Positions 63,811-64,000 of a stretch of DNA of 64,000 bases are shown piece after piece (positions within the stretch are counted from its first letter, which is position 1; each line of letters begins with the position of its first letter). The notes below the pieces were generated by a model. The model did no database searches, was not told the origin of the DNA, and saw only the letters and a program-made list of their open reading frames with translations. Origin of the DNA: Octopus sinensis (taxonomy: Eukaryota); the NCBI RefSeq assembly GCF_006345805.1, contig NC_043000.1, positions 89,838,001 through 89,902,000 on the forward strand. Reading direction: 5' to 3'. A program made the translations under genes and the position numbers.

Positions 63811-64000
63811 CCATTCCCTGTATATCTGGTTATATATCAGAGTAGCCTCTCCTAGACACATGCTTCAACAACAGCTAAGGGATGCTTCACTCCCAGTGGC
63901 CTTCCAGCCCCCGGACACCATCTCGGAATTTCTGCGTGCCCATGCTATTGCTAGAGAGTCGTTGAACATGCACTAGGTTCATCCGGCCTTTTAACAGGTT

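Overview
This is AT-rich, microsatellite-dense animal genomic DNA with no recognisable host protein-coding exon. The SINE families look like octopus/cephalopod ones (inference from recalled repeat sequences, not from a database search). The window is almost entirely mobile-element debris: several tRNA-derived SINE families; R4/Dong-like RLE non-LTR retrotransposons in (TAA)n arrays, one with an intact 637-aa 5'-truncated ORF; Tc1/mariner/maT transposon remnants; a Helitron helicase fragment; a Tx1-like LINE 3' end; an ORF1-only LINE derivative; a probable solo LTR; and at least four Penelope-like elements (PLEs; RT plus C-terminal GIY-YIG), one complete with pseudo-LTRs and a 5' inversion. The main hidden signal is RNA-level. 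I read 10 type I hammerhead ribozyme (HHR) motifs with intact catalytic cores from 6 unrelated sequence families, plus several degenerate ones. Most have a tiny self-complementary stem III and an unusually long, rod-like stem II. The most striking case is an ORF-less, ~533-bp, ~99%-identical tandem array (29071-30473) with one HHR per unit. It looks like a retrozyme (non-autonomous, self-cleaving, possibly circRNA-forming element) that would be mobilised by the PLEs. All base-pairings were assigned by eye; no folding or homology search was run.
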